Below, in pieces: positions 16,887 through 25,965 of a stretch of DNA of 58,740 nt; positions within the stretch are counted from its first letter, which is position 1, and each line of letters begins with the position of its first letter. Origin of the DNA: a virus (taxonomy: Duplodnaviria > Caudoviricetes); IMG/VR virus record IMGVR_UViG_3300046170_000273, positions 1 through 58,740 of that record; one strand, written 5' to 3'. The translations under genes and the position numbers were made by a program. The notes under the pieces are model-generated. The model was not told the DNA's origin and ran no database searches. It saw only the letters and a list, made by a program, of their open reading frames with translations.

Positions 16887-16969
16887 TTTTCTTTATCCCA
16901 CATAACCATCATACCTATAACAAAACAATAGATACCAATGACAAATCCTAGCGATGCTATTATTTCCAT
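16883..16969 (-). CDS. 28-aa single-TM peptide (not in ORF track)
   Basis: MEIIASLGFVIGIYCFVIGMMVMWDKEK; AGGA SD. Confidence 0.5.
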   Translation of the reverse strand: MEIIASLGFVIGIYCFVIGMMVMWDKEK

Positions 16970-17112
16970 CGTTTCCTGTAGCCTGTTCCCTTGTCCCTGT
17001 TGCCCCAACGTTTCTGCCAGGACCAAGTATTTAGTTTACTGCTTAGACTTTCCAAGATGTTTAGAAACCAATCTATAATCCCCCAAGTCCACGATATTAT
17101 TATATTTTTCAT
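16960..17112 (-). CDS. 50-aa Trp-rich peptide overlapping the LAGLIDADG 3' end
   Basis: ...WFLNILESLSSKLNTWSWQKRW...; fills the gap in the operon. Confidence 0.4.
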   Translation of the reverse strand: MKNIIISWTWGIIDWFLNILESLSSKLNTWSWQKRWGNRDKGTGYRKRWK

Positions 17113-17488
17113 CTGTGTAATGTTCTATAATCTGTTGTATTTTAGGTAGTTTAGTATGCGCATATGGCCATAAAAGTCTACAAACATAGAACGCATCTCT
17201 GAATGTACACCTCCACTTCCATTGCATCAAGTATTTTGTACCATCTTTTCGTAAACCTTTTCGAGGTTTACGGTTGACAGTTCCAACATTTAATACTTCA
17301 TGCATCCATCGTATAACAGACTCATCTGTCATAGTGACTTCCATACTAATTCGTTGAGACATAGAGGTTCTATAACCTTTGCCTTTATGTTTCTTTTTCT
17401 TCTCTATTCTTCTAGCAAAATAAATACTACCTTCGCCATCAAAGAGTCCTGCTATATAAGCTATATCCTCACTGCTCAGTGTAGTCAC
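17036..17488 (-). CDS. Free-standing single-motif LAGLIDADG endonuclease-like protein
   Basis: YIAGLFDGEGSI motif, GTG start with SD. Confidence 0.85.
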   Translation of the reverse strand: MTTLSSEDIAYIAGLFDGEGSIYFARRIEKKKKHKGKGYRTSMSQRISMEVTMTDESVIRWMHEVLNVGTVNRKPRKGLRKDGTKYLMQWKWRCTFRDAFYVCRLLWPYAHTKLPKIQQIIEHYTDEKYNNIVDLGDYRLVSKHLGKSKQ

Positions 17489-17705
17489 GCACCCTCTTTT
17501 CGTAAGATGGTCCGTCTCTGAGTCTAGCTTTAAATTTTTCTACCTCATCCTCTTTCCATTGAGTTGCTTCTTTTAGCTCAGCTTCTAACTTTTTAATCTG
17601 AGCACCTGCACGTCTACATGTTGCTTGTAAGAATTTTACTTTACCCTCAAGAGCTTCTTTGTTGTCTTTCAAATGTTTAATTTGACTTTCTTTGTCTATC
17701 AACAT
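17469..17705 (-). CDS. Coiled-coil hypothetical protein
   Basis: 78 aa, GGAGG SD. Confidence 0.65.
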   Translation of the reverse strand: MLIDKESQIKHLKDNKEALEGKVKFLQATCRRAGAQIKKLEAELKEATQWKEDEVEKFKARLRDGPSYEKRVRDYTEQ

Positions 17706-17856
17706 CTTCTTCTACCTCCTCTTCTATTTCACCTTGGTTGTTGCAAAAATCACAATCAGCCCATTGTTCTTCTCTGACCTGTTCGTATGGGACTCGGACA
17801 AAACCGTTTCCATTACAAACAGAGCAGATTACTTTACGCGTTTTTGAGTTTGCCAT
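17677..17856 (-). CDS. DnaJ-type zinc-finger mini-protein (not in ORF track)
   Basis: CSVCNGNG ... CDFCNNQG, 59 aa. Confidence 0.75.
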   Translation of the reverse strand: MANSKTRKVICSVCNGNGFVRVPYEQVREEQWADCDFCNNQGEIEEEVEEDVDRQRKSN

Positions 17857-18007
17857 TTAACTTCTTCTCTTTCTCATTTACTAATAATGTTATGGTTTGA
17901 GATCTACTTATTGTCATCTCAGGAATCATAACTTTCCTTATCTTATCTATTTTATTATATGTATCTTTTGGAAGTGATACATTTTTATATTTGCTTATAT
18001 CAGTCAT
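17834..18007 (-). CDS. Ribbon-helix-helix (CopG/Arc-like) regulator (not in ORF track)
   Basis: 57 aa MTDISKYKNVSLPKDTYNKIDKIR...SRSQTITLLV; AAGGAG SD. Confidence 0.7.
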   Translation of the reverse strand: MTDISKYKNVSLPKDTYNKIDKIRKVMIPEMTISRSQTITLLVNEKEKKLNGKLKNA

Positions 18008-18076
18008 AAACTTTATACTCCTTTCTTAGATTTAAACTAATATAGGATTTATCTCACAATATACAATAGGTGTCAA

Positions 18077-18295
18077 ATGAAATTTTTATTAGCCTTATCA
18101 ATTTGTTCAAGTGTAATAGGTGAATGCATGCCTCCATTCAATTGGCATGAAACTTTTAGAACTCATTATGAATGTGCTCAATTTGGGTATTCTGAATCTA
18201 GTAAAAAACTAGAAGAGATTGGTAGTAAAGAGGTTAATAAATACGGTGTGGTTGTAAGTTTTACTTGTACTTTAATTCCTGGAGTTGATTCATAA
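18077..18295 (+). CDS. Small secreted Cys-containing protein
   Basis: Hydrophobic N-terminus, four Cys. Confidence 0.65.
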   Translation: MKFLLALSICSSVIGECMPPFNWHETFRTHYECAQFGYSESSKKLEEIGSKEVNKYGVVVSFTCTLIPGVDS

Positions 18296-18296
18296 T

Positions 18297-18418
18297 ACGG
18301 AGTACAGATCTGTGTGCACTGTACTGTACCCCGTCCGGCTTTGGTCGCTACCCTTTCAGGTCATAGCTAACGTAAGTGACTTAGCGCGAAGCATTTGTAT
18401 TGACGCCTACTCACCGGT
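18297..18418 (-). ncRNA. Candidate structured RNA: multi-branch fold plus terminal hairpin
   Basis: CCGG-closed junction with three hairpins including a GAAA tetraloop; G-U pairs favour the minus strand. Confidence 0.5.
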
Positions 18419-18628
18419 CTAATTTTGTATGCACCCATAAAAATCACCACTGCCATCATTCATGACATGTTGATTAATTGGTGCATCTAAATACGTTGTA
18501 AGTTTAAGTCTTAAAATCTCACACAACTCAAACAAATCAACTTCATTTACTAAAACTGTATCTGCCATCATCTGTTTCGTCACTGGTACTAGATGAAACA
18601 GACCATCATTTAGAATGATCAGTTCCAT
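18419..18628 (-). CDS. Hypothetical protein
   Basis: MELIILNDGLFHLV...FYGCIQN. Confidence 0.65.
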   Translation of the reverse strand: MELIILNDGLFHLVPVTKQMMADTVLVNEVDLFELCEILRLKLTTYLDAPINQHVMNDGSGDFYGCIQN

Positions 18629-18797
18629 ATTTTTTTGTACCCCAATCAATAATTCTTTTCAAACCTGGTGCAGAAATATCTACGTTAACACCGTAGGTTT
18701 TCCATGCTCTTTTCATAAGATTTAATTCCAACAAAAAGATAGACCATTGTTTATTTGTGATACCTTTTGGTCTTAGTGTTATAATTTTTTCTTTCAT
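18606..18797 (-). CDS. Hypothetical protein (probably leaderless)
   Basis: 63 aa; ATG 7 nt after the -10. Confidence 0.7.
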   Translation of the reverse strand: MKEKIITLRPKGITNKQWSIFLLELNLMKRAWKTYGVNVDISAPGLKRIIDWGTKKYGTDHSK

Positions 18798-18803
18798 TCC
18801 TAG

Positions 18804-18832
18804 ATACTAGGATATTTTGGGATGTTTGTCAA
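18804..18832 (-). promoter_or_regulatory. sigma70 promoter TTGACA-17-TAGTAT with ATCCCA/ATCCTA boxes
   Basis: Consensus -35 and spacing. Confidence 0.75.
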
Positions 18833-18975
18833 CGACCTTGGCCATGATATTTTTTGAAGCTACGTCGTTTTGATTTATTCATTTTGCATTTACTAGGATT
18901 TCTACCTATACTTGTTTTGTGAAATATAGGTTCGTGTGCAACTTTTGCGTATAAACCTTTAGCTTTCTTGGCCAT
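18829..18975 (-). CDS. 48-aa basic peptide ending YHGQGR (not in ORF track)
   Basis: MAKKAKG...MNKSKRRSFKKYHGQGR. Confidence 0.65.
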   Translation of the reverse strand: MAKKAKGLYAKVAHEPIFHKTSIGRNPSKCKMNKSKRRSFKKYHGQGR

Positions 18976-19180
18976 CTTCTATCTGTTCAAAGTATTTTGA
19001 TATTTGTTTTGGGTTTTGTAATTTAGGTATGTATCTTATAGATCCATTTACATGTTGTTCTAGATCTGCACCACAACTAACACATCTATAAAATTCTCTA
19101 CTCAAACCAATTAACATTGTAAGTTCTTCGCATGTCGGACACTTTCCATTAACTATTTCTGTATAAATTTTTAAAGACAT
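18959..19180 (-). CDS. Zn-ribbon protein (CPTC...CVSC)
   Basis: 73 aa, two CxxC. Confidence 0.75.
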   Translation of the reverse strand: MSLKIYTEIVNGKCPTCEELTMLIGLSREFYRCVSCGADLEQHVNGSIRYIPKLQNPKQISKYFEQIEDGQES

Positions 19181-19392
19181 TACTCCAATATTAACTTCTT
19201 TATAGATAAAGATCCATCAATATTTGACTCTAATTCTGCCATAGATTTTATGCATTGATACTGTACTTGTTTTTTAGTATCACGCATTGCAACTCTTTTA
19301 CCTTTCAGGCACTCAGACATAGATTCCTGAATTCTGTGTTCCTTGATCTCTCCGTTAATTATCATAAGAAGAGCCACGATCATTTCTGTCAT
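19180..19392 (-). CDS. Hypothetical protein
   Basis: 70 aa, ATGA-coupled. Confidence 0.7.
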   Translation of the reverse strand: MTEMIVALLMIINGEIKEHRIQESMSECLKGKRVAMRDTKKQVQYQCIKSMAELESNIDGSLSIKKLILE

Positions 19393-19553
19393 AATACTTT
19401 ACCTTTGTTTGGTCCTTCTTTTATTCTATACTTATGTGTGCCTGTACCATTAATTTCTACTTCTTTTTTAAGATCCTTTACATATCTCATTTGTTTAGCA
19501 GTACGTTGCATTTCTGTTATGTATTCTAATATCTGTCTACTAATGCGTCCCAT
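19389..19553 (-). CDS. 54-aa hypothetical protein (not in ORF track)
   Basis: MGRISRQIL...YRIKEGPNKGKVL; fills the gap. Confidence 0.6.
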   Translation of the reverse strand: MGRISRQILEYITEMQRTAKQMRYVKDLKKEVEINGTGTHKYRIKEGPNKGKVL

Positions 19554-19920
19554 TTCCATTGGCTCTTACCTTATCTTTTAATTCTTCAATATCTTTTAAT
19601 GCTTTTTCTAATTGTTCTCTTAAAAATTCTATGTTAACTTTGTTTGTCATGTTCATCTCTTGAGTCTCTTCCATTTTCTCAACGGACTTATAAAGATCTT
19701 CAAGTAAGAAATGTTGCTCCTGATCGACGGGGACCTGTTCGGACTTCTTAAGCAAATCATTTTCAAACAATTCACGTGAAGTCTCTAACGATACTAACCT
19801 CGAAGTCAGTTCTGTATATGCGAAGACGCCCATTGCTACGAGAATTATGAGGCTAGCTACGGTCTTCATCGGCATCTGCACAGCTGCCGATTCCGATATG
19901 TTTAGTGGTTTGTTACTCAT
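19540..19920 (-). CDS. Single-TM coiled-coil protein
   Basis: 126 aa. Confidence 0.75.
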   Translation of the reverse strand: MSNKPLNISESAAVQMPMKTVASLIILVAMGVFAYTELTSRLVSLETSRELFENDLLKKSEQVPVDQEQHFLLEDLYKSVEKMEETQEMNMTNKVNIEFLREQLEKALKDIEELKDKVRANGNGTH

Positions 19921-19991
19921 TGCGCCGGTCCTCCAAGAAATGCTAATAGCACCAACATTATAATTAATATTGCTGTAAACCTATAGTCCAT
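19917..19991 (-). CDS. 24-aa TM peptide (not in ORF track)
   Basis: MDYRFTAILIIMLVLLAFLGGPAQ; GGAG SD; ATGA coupling. Confidence 0.5.
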   Translation of the reverse strand: MDYRFTAILIIMLVLLAFLGGPAQ

Positions 19992-20135
19992 CTTGGCAAT
20001 CTCCATTTTAGAACCTATAATATAATTGCGCCGGCCAATATAACTGCAACAGCTACAATACAAATTTTATGATCTTGCCATAACTGTCTGTATCTTCTGT
20101 TTTGCCATGCACTCAAAACTTTATTTTTTATTTCA

Positions 20136-20786
20136 TTAATCATTTTTTTTCTCCTCAATTTCATAGAAGAATTTATCTGTATCCTCTGTTCTCCAGGCTC
20201 TACTATCTTCTACGTTCCAGTCACTCGTCTGCACTTTCCAATCCGGGATGTTATCTTTCACTGTAAAAGAAGGTATATCCCATATAATTCTATTGTTGGG
20301 CTGTGCTGCAAAATTACCATCATCTAAGGCAATAATGTGAGCGCACTTATGTTCGTGCGGTATCTCCGAATGATCGGTGTCAAGTATATTACTCTCTGGA
20401 TGTGCAAAGTCAACGGTAAATAAGTATTTACCTGGATGCCATTTCTTATCTTTACCTATGTATTTGCCGGCCTGGCCATCTAAAATATCAAAAGTATGAA
20501 CAGCAGGATAATAAGAAAAAGAATTCCAAAGCTGAAGTTCATCAAGGCGTCGCTTGGGAACGTCTTCGGGTCTAAATCCCTGTTGAATAAACGCGCTAAT
20601 AGGTAGGCGATAAAATATTGCACCGTTACCCATAATAGCGTGAAAAAGTATAGGCTTTCCTGTAATACAGCTAAGACCAAAGATAATGCAGTCTTCAACT
20701 TCTCCATGATGTTTTTTAAGATCATATAAATATTCTCTTCTTATCTGAGCATAAGTTGCTGGAGTGTTTGCATTTAAATAAGCCAT
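20136..20786 (-). CDS. Conserved marine-phage hypothetical protein (MAYLNAN family)
   Basis: 216 aa directly after polA. Confidence 0.8.
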   Translation of the reverse strand: MAYLNANTPATYAQIRREYLYDLKKHHGEVEDCIIFGLSCITGKPILFHAIMGNGAIFYRLPISAFIQQGFRPEDVPKRRLDELQLWNSFSYYPAVHTFDILDGQAGKYIGKDKKWHPGKYLFTVDFAHPESNILDTDHSEIPHEHKCAHIIALDDGNFAAQPNNRIIWDIPSFTVKDNIPDWKVQTSDWNVEDSRAWRTEDTDKFFYEIEEKKND

Positions 20787-20788
20787 AA

Positions 20789-22645
20789 TTAATCATGTAT
20801 CTCACCCCAGTTGTCACCATATTCATAGTCGACTTTGTTTGGGACTTCCAGTGTAACAGCGTGTTCCATAATTTCAACAATCTTTTTAGCGTGTGCTTCA
20901 TCTTGCACAGATATATCTAGCTCATCATGTATTTGTATGTGAGGTATGATACCTTCTCTGTACAATTCTAACATTGCTTTTTTAGTCATGTCAGCAGCAG
21001 ATCCTTGTATCAATTTATTAAGAGCTTTATAAGTGTAAGCTCTCTTGATCCCCGGTCCATGCTCCCTGAGTGCATCTTCGTGAGTCATAGCTTTATGCAT
21101 ACCGAAACTGTTAGGCTCCCACAGGTGAAACCTGCATAGTCTACCCAGCAATGTTCGTATCTGACCACGGTCTTGTGCTCTGTTAGATGCTTTGTCCATC
21201 AGTTGTTTTACAAATGGTACACGTGAGTGATACGTATTAAATAATTCTGCAGCTTTGTCTTTAGTAACTCCTAGCTCTGCTTGAAGTTTACCTTTACCCA
21301 TGCCATAGAAAAGACCCAAATTGATCGTCTTGGCCTGTGATCTTGGTATGTCTGCCATATCTGCTACAGTCTGGTGAAAGTCTGAATTAGAATCATTATT
21401 ATAAGCATCTATTACATCGTATACCGACGGTAATTTGTACAAAGATGCATAATGCACTACCAGCCTAGGCTCTTGCTGAGAATAGTCAAAACAACCCCAT
21501 GTATGGCCTTCCTCAGGTATAAATAACGACCTTATCTTAGGTCCTAGATCCTTGTTTCTTGCAGGAATTTGCTGAAGGTTTGGGTTCTGGTAAGAGAACC
21601 TACCAGTAACCGTACCACCTCCAGCATTCCTTAACTGATTTATCTCGGCATGTATTCTACCGTTATGTTCATAACGTAAAATAGAATCTAAAAATGTTGT
21701 GTGTGCTTTGTTGATCTCTCTTGCCTGTGCAATCATATTTACAACAGGGTGTTTATGTTCTTGTAAAAAGTTTTTTGTAAAACTAGGTGCTTCTGTTTTT
21801 TCTGTACGAGGATATTCTAATCTCAACATATCAAATACATTCGCAATAGATCTAGCTGCCCAGATCTGTGTATCAATATTTGTTTCACCTTTTATTTTGT
21901 GCAGTAATTCTTGTTCTGCTTTCTTAAATTCTTTTTTCATTTTGTGTGCACGTTCTACATCTACTCGTACACCTTTGAATCTCATGTCAACAAGACATGG
22001 AAACAAATCAGACTCCAGGTCAAATATATCTTCCAGGTCCTGATTGATAATTTCTTTTTTCATCTCTTGCCAAAGTCCTAGTGTAACTTCAGCATCACGT
22101 TCAGCATATGCACCAACATGCATTGATGGTAGTTTGTACATTTCTGATTTAGGATTGATACCCCATTCTTCTGCAGCTTCTGCAAGTGCAGCTTCGTTTT
22201 TACCATAACCAAGATAGTGCCATGATAAACTATTCAAATCATATCTGAATCTATTCTCATCGGTCACAGCTGCAGCTATCATTGTGCAAGCTATGTCACC
22301 ATTTATTTTGAATCCCATTGCCCGTAACCAACATACGTCGTAGATTGCATTGTGAAAAACTTTTGTTGATGGTGCTTCAAGTACATCCTTTAACCAAGAT
22401 AAAACTCTTGATCTATCCATGTTACCACCACCTTCATGTGCAATTGGAAAGTATCCTTTGTAAAATTTTGTAGCAACAGCGATACCTATAACTTCACCAT
22501 TACCTATTACAGAACCAGATCCCCTCTTTAACAGGTCTGGATCTTTTGTCTCCAAGTCAATTGCTATTTCATCTACATCACGTAGGTCTGGAAACTCTGT
22601 AGGTTTTAGCCACTCAGTCGGTGCTTCGAACTTAGGAATTTTCAT
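20789..22645 (-). CDS. polA: Family A DNA polymerase (3'-5' exonuclease + polymerase, Leu762 type)
   Basis: ExoI DLET, ExoII HNAIYD, TGRFS..PNLQ, motif A DYSQQE, motif B KTINLGLFYG, motif C IHDE. Confidence 0.96.
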   Translation of the reverse strand: MKIPKFEAPTEWLKPTEFPDLRDVDEIAIDLETKDPDLLKRGSGSVIGNGEVIGIAVATKFYKGYFPIAHEGGGNMDRSRVLSWLKDVLEAPSTKVFHNAIYDVCWLRAMGFKINGDIACTMIAAAVTDENRFRYDLNSLSWHYLGYGKNEAALAEAAEEWGINPKSEMYKLPSMHVGAYAERDAEVTLGLWQEMKKEIINQDLEDIFDLESDLFPCLVDMRFKGVRVDVERAHKMKKEFKKAEQELLHKIKGETNIDTQIWAARSIANVFDMLRLEYPRTEKTEAPSFTKNFLQEHKHPVVNMIAQAREINKAHTTFLDSILRYEHNGRIHAEINQLRNAGGGTVTGRFSYQNPNLQQIPARNKDLGPKIRSLFIPEEGHTWGCFDYSQQEPRLVVHYASLYKLPSVYDVIDAYNNDSNSDFHQTVADMADIPRSQAKTINLGLFYGMGKGKLQAELGVTKDKAAELFNTYHSRVPFVKQLMDKASNRAQDRGQIRTLLGRLCRFHLWEPNSFGMHKAMTHEDALREHGPGIKRAYTYKALNKLIQGSAADMTKKAMLELYREGIIPHIQIHDELDISVQDEAHAKKIVEIMEHAVTLEVPNKVDYEYGDNWGEIHD

Positions 22646-22853
22646 TATAGTCCCTTTCAAGTATCATTTCTATAAAGTGTATTGCTTTCAATAGATCTTG
22701 CTTCTTTCCCTTGTCACGATGTCTAATTATATATTTTATAGCACAACCTTCAGGATATAGCAATTCATTCTCTACTACAAACTTACTTGGTTGAATTTTA
22801 TACTTTTGATAGTGATTCCCGCCGTGCTGCTTATCCCAAACTTTCGATGTCAT
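22632..22853 (-). CDS. DUF3310/SaV-like protein (T7 gp1.7-related)
   Basis: GGNHY..IQP..AIKY..R..K..DL.KA pattern. Confidence 0.8.
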   Translation of the reverse strand: MTSKVWDKQHGGNHYQKYKIQPSKFVVENELLYPEGCAIKYIIRHRDKGKKQDLLKAIHFIEMILERDYNENS

Positions 22854-24324
22854 AACCTTGATCCTCCTTTTTTGCTGCCATGATGTATAAGTTTTGTTTT
22901 GTTCGTGTCACCCCAACATACCAAACTCTGTGTTCTTCATCTTGTTTATCTAAACTTTTTTCTACTGCATCTCGTATTGTTTTTGTGTTATCTAAAATTA
23001 ATAATACATTGTCAGCTTCACCACCTTTTGCTGAATGTATTGTAGATAGTTTTACTCTTGGGTCCTTTCTTAATTCTTCGCCATTACTTAACATTTCTCT
23101 TATGTATAAACATTCTTCATAGTCTGATTGAAACACATCATACCAAGGTGTGTCTTTAATAAAACCAAATTCTGCTAGATCATACATTCTTTCTTCTGTT
23201 AGTTCCGTATCTGTACCTGTATATTCAAATATATCTTTTACTTCTGCTAAAGATAATTCATCTCCTTTTTGCCATCTTAAATAATTTAGAATAGTTCTAA
23301 ACAAAGTTACCTTGTAACTTTTTCTATCTTTGTATTCAAAATAAATACCACGTTCTCTTAAGAATGGTTTGAGTCTATTTAATTTATCGTTATATCTTGC
23401 TAACACCAACCATTTACCTTCATCTATTGGAACATCTTCTAAACTATAAACATAGTTTACTGTGCCTTGTTCTTTTCTTGCTTTCCAATTTTTTTGTACT
23501 CGTCTACTGATAGGAATTAAATCTAATATCTTGTCGGCTAAACTTTGCACAGATTGTGGAACCCTGTAAGATTGTGGCAAAATTATGTCTTTCTTTGAAA
23601 CTTCCTGCTGAAATTTTTTTACATCTGCACCTGCCCAACCATAAATTGCTTGATCATCATCACCGGCTAGTATAACATATTTGCTATTTTCCTTGATAAT
23701 ATTGAACATTTTCCACTGTATTGGTGATAAATCTTGAGCTTCATCAATAAATGCTACGTCATATTTAGGACACAATCCTGACACAATAAATTTTTCGATC
23801 ATGTCTGTAAAATCTACCAAACCATACGATTGTTTATAATTATTTACTTCATCAGATATTATTTTTAATAATCTTTTATCCATATCTTGAGAGTACATAT
23901 CTGTGTTGTATTCATCTTCGATAGAAATATTTTTTATCCTAGCTGCATTAATTAAATTAAAGTATTCACTATCAGAATTTATAAAACCTGTATTCTCTTC
24001 ACCACCTTTATAGATTGTAACTTCAATACCTAGTTGTCTACCTATATCTTCGTAGTGTTCATCTTGCATAACCTGAGTCTTCTTCATACCTAATTGATTA
24101 AACGCTAGTGAGTGAAGTGTTTTAAAATGTTTTAAATCTTTTTTTTGAAAAGCTGTGTGGTAATCTAACATTCTATTTACTGCTTCGTTTGCAGCTTTAG
24201 TTGTAAATGCAAAGTATCCTATCTTATCTATAGGTGTACCTAGTTTTAAAAATGTTTTTACATATCTTAATAGTCTAGTTGTTTTCCCTGTTCCCGGAGG
24301 ACCGAATAATTTTCTACTAATCAT
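22831..24324 (-). CDS. UvrD/Rep-like SF1 helicase
   Basis: GPPGTGKT, DEAQD, GDDDQAIY, QSYR, STIHSAKGGE, YVGVTR. Confidence 0.93.
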   Translation of the reverse strand: MISRKLFGPPGTGKTTRLLRYVKTFLKLGTPIDKIGYFAFTTKAANEAVNRMLDYHTAFQKKDLKHFKTLHSLAFNQLGMKKTQVMQDEHYEDIGRQLGIEVTIYKGGEENTGFINSDSEYFNLINAARIKNISIEDEYNTDMYSQDMDKRLLKIISDEVNNYKQSYGLVDFTDMIEKFIVSGLCPKYDVAFIDEAQDLSPIQWKMFNIIKENSKYVILAGDDDQAIYGWAGADVKKFQQEVSKKDIILPQSYRVPQSVQSLADKILDLIPISRRVQKNWKARKEQGTVNYVYSLEDVPIDEGKWLVLARYNDKLNRLKPFLRERGIYFEYKDRKSYKVTLFRTILNYLRWQKGDELSLAEVKDIFEYTGTDTELTEERMYDLAEFGFIKDTPWYDVFQSDYEECLYIREMLSNGEELRKDPRVKLSTIHSAKGGEADNVLLILDNTKTIRDAVEKSLDKQDEEHRVWYVGVTRTKQNLYIMAAKKEDQGYDIESLG

Positions 24325-25952
24325 ATTATGTCCGTCTTATGTTTTGTAGCCTTGTGATGTATAGGCACTTCTTCAAAAGTTTTTCTATTTATCTGTATGA
24401 CATTCTTTGTTGATGAATTATATTTACTCTTTTCTTTTGATGGATATCTTTTCTGATCTAAAAATTCTATCTCACAATCTTGATATGTAACTTGCATCAT
24501 ACGGCCTGTTTTATCTTCACTGTATTTCCAGTTCTTTGCTTTTAACTTGTCATAAAATTTATCAAACTTAAAGAAAGCATACTCACCTTCAATTAATACA
24601 GAACCAGTTTTAAATGCAGCATCACTTGTAGCTTTAGGTCCATTTATTTTTGCATGTAATACATCATGTAATTTTTCTTTTGGTGATGTACCTACAGGTG
24701 GCTGTACTGTTTTCTGTGTCGTGTACAATGCATCCATAACAAACTGTTCTTCCTCACCTTTAATCAAAGGCGGAAAGAATCCTGCAGCTTTTGATATTGC
24801 ATTTCTTCTCTTACGTTGATCATTTAAATGTTCAACAGTTCTACAGTGTACTGTAGCTGTACTAATGCCATCTGGTTTTGTTACATCAAATTCATATTCT
24901 GGTTCTGGATCTAGATCTATTTTCTTTAGATTAGTTAAGACAGGATAAGAACCTTTTGTCCCACGTAAGACTCCAAACTTTTTCTTTACACAGATACCTT
25001 TTTTACAATGCTCGCTTAATGGACTTTCAGTACAAGTATAACCTTTACTACTTCTATTCCAAGATTTTACTTTTGCATTTAAAAGTTTATCATCCCATGC
25101 ATTAGCATGTTGACCTGAAAAATATTTTACCGGTGCATTCTTTACTTTTTGTTGCCAGTTGTCTGGATACTTCATCTTAACCATGACATGATAGTTGTAC
25201 ATAAACCTATCCTTACCATCAAACTTTTCTTGATTTGCTATTTTAGATATTGCTGCTAGACATGGTGGACCCTCTATAAATTCTTCGTCAACACCCTCCA
25301 TACTTTTGCTTTCGATTCCTTCGGTAATTTCTTTCAGTCTTTCTTTGTTAACCAGGTTTGCACTGATTACTTTTATGAATTGATCCAAGGTAAATTTGGT
25401 ACCATCAACGTTTAAAGCTTTACGCTCCTCACCGAAATAAGGTAGATTTATAAATTGTCCTGGTCTTAGTTGTCCTGTCTCACTGTCTTTTGTTAACTGT
25501 GTTTGCTTTGGAAAAATTTCACAGTCTGGTTTCAACCCAAACAAAGACAACAGGTTAGATAAAAATGATTTGATTAATGATGCATCTGTAAATTTATCCA
25601 TAAATAAAAATAAATGCAGACCACCGCTCTTAGATTCTACTGGTAATAAAGGTAATTTAAATTGTTGTATAACATCTATATAATCTTTCTTGTTAAAGTT
25701 TGAGTAGTCTTTTGGATCTATATCTATTACTCCAAACTTAACTTCTGAATCTTCTGTACAAGGCTGTATACCAATAGACAGCTTGCCTTCTAAATGTTGT
25801 TGATAAATATCTGTTGTAAGTTCTTCAAAGTTCCATCTGTATACAGGTTTCTTTTTACCTGTTTCAGAATCTACTTTGGAATCCTGGTGATTGAAGTCAG
25901 CTACACCATAAGCATTCCTATATCCGTTAAAATATTCTATGTATCTTTCCAT
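24321..25952 (-). CDS. Archaeo-eukaryotic primase with PriL-like Cys domain
   Basis: IDID, SKSGGLH, INLPY; PPCL...YTC...C...C. Confidence 0.8.
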   Translation of the reverse strand: MERYIEYFNGYRNAYGVADFNHQDSKVDSETGKKKPVYRWNFEELTTDIYQQHLEGKLSIGIQPCTEDSEVKFGVIDIDPKDYSNFNKKDYIDVIQQFKLPLLPVESKSGGLHLFLFMDKFTDASLIKSFLSNLLSLFGLKPDCEIFPKQTQLTKDSETGQLRPGQFINLPYFGEERKALNVDGTKFTLDQFIKVISANLVNKERLKEITEGIESKSMEGVDEEFIEGPPCLAAISKIANQEKFDGKDRFMYNYHVMVKMKYPDNWQQKVKNAPVKYFSGQHANAWDDKLLNAKVKSWNRSSKGYTCTESPLSEHCKKGICVKKKFGVLRGTKGSYPVLTNLKKIDLDPEPEYEFDVTKPDGISTATVHCRTVEHLNDQRKRRNAISKAAGFFPPLIKGEEEQFVMDALYTTQKTVQPPVGTSPKEKLHDVLHAKINGPKATSDAAFKTGSVLIEGEYAFFKFDKFYDKLKAKNWKYSEDKTGRMMQVTYQDCEIEFLDQKRYPSKEKSKYNSSTKNVIQINRKTFEEVPIHHKATKHKTDII

Positions 25953-25965
25953 AATAACTGTTTCT

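Noticed and set aside
18385-18412. SAM-V riboswitch resemblance (GCATTTG..TATTG.ACGCCT) on +
   Set aside because: Lacks the 5' P1 strand and AAC core, and no downstream + strand gene; G-U pairing favours a minus-strand structure.
20015-20136. Small TM ORF with an apparent TEDTD duplication of the upstream gene end
   Set aside because: Frame is broken (ATG AAA TAA) and the match depends on which frame is read; probably an indel-damaged mini-gene.
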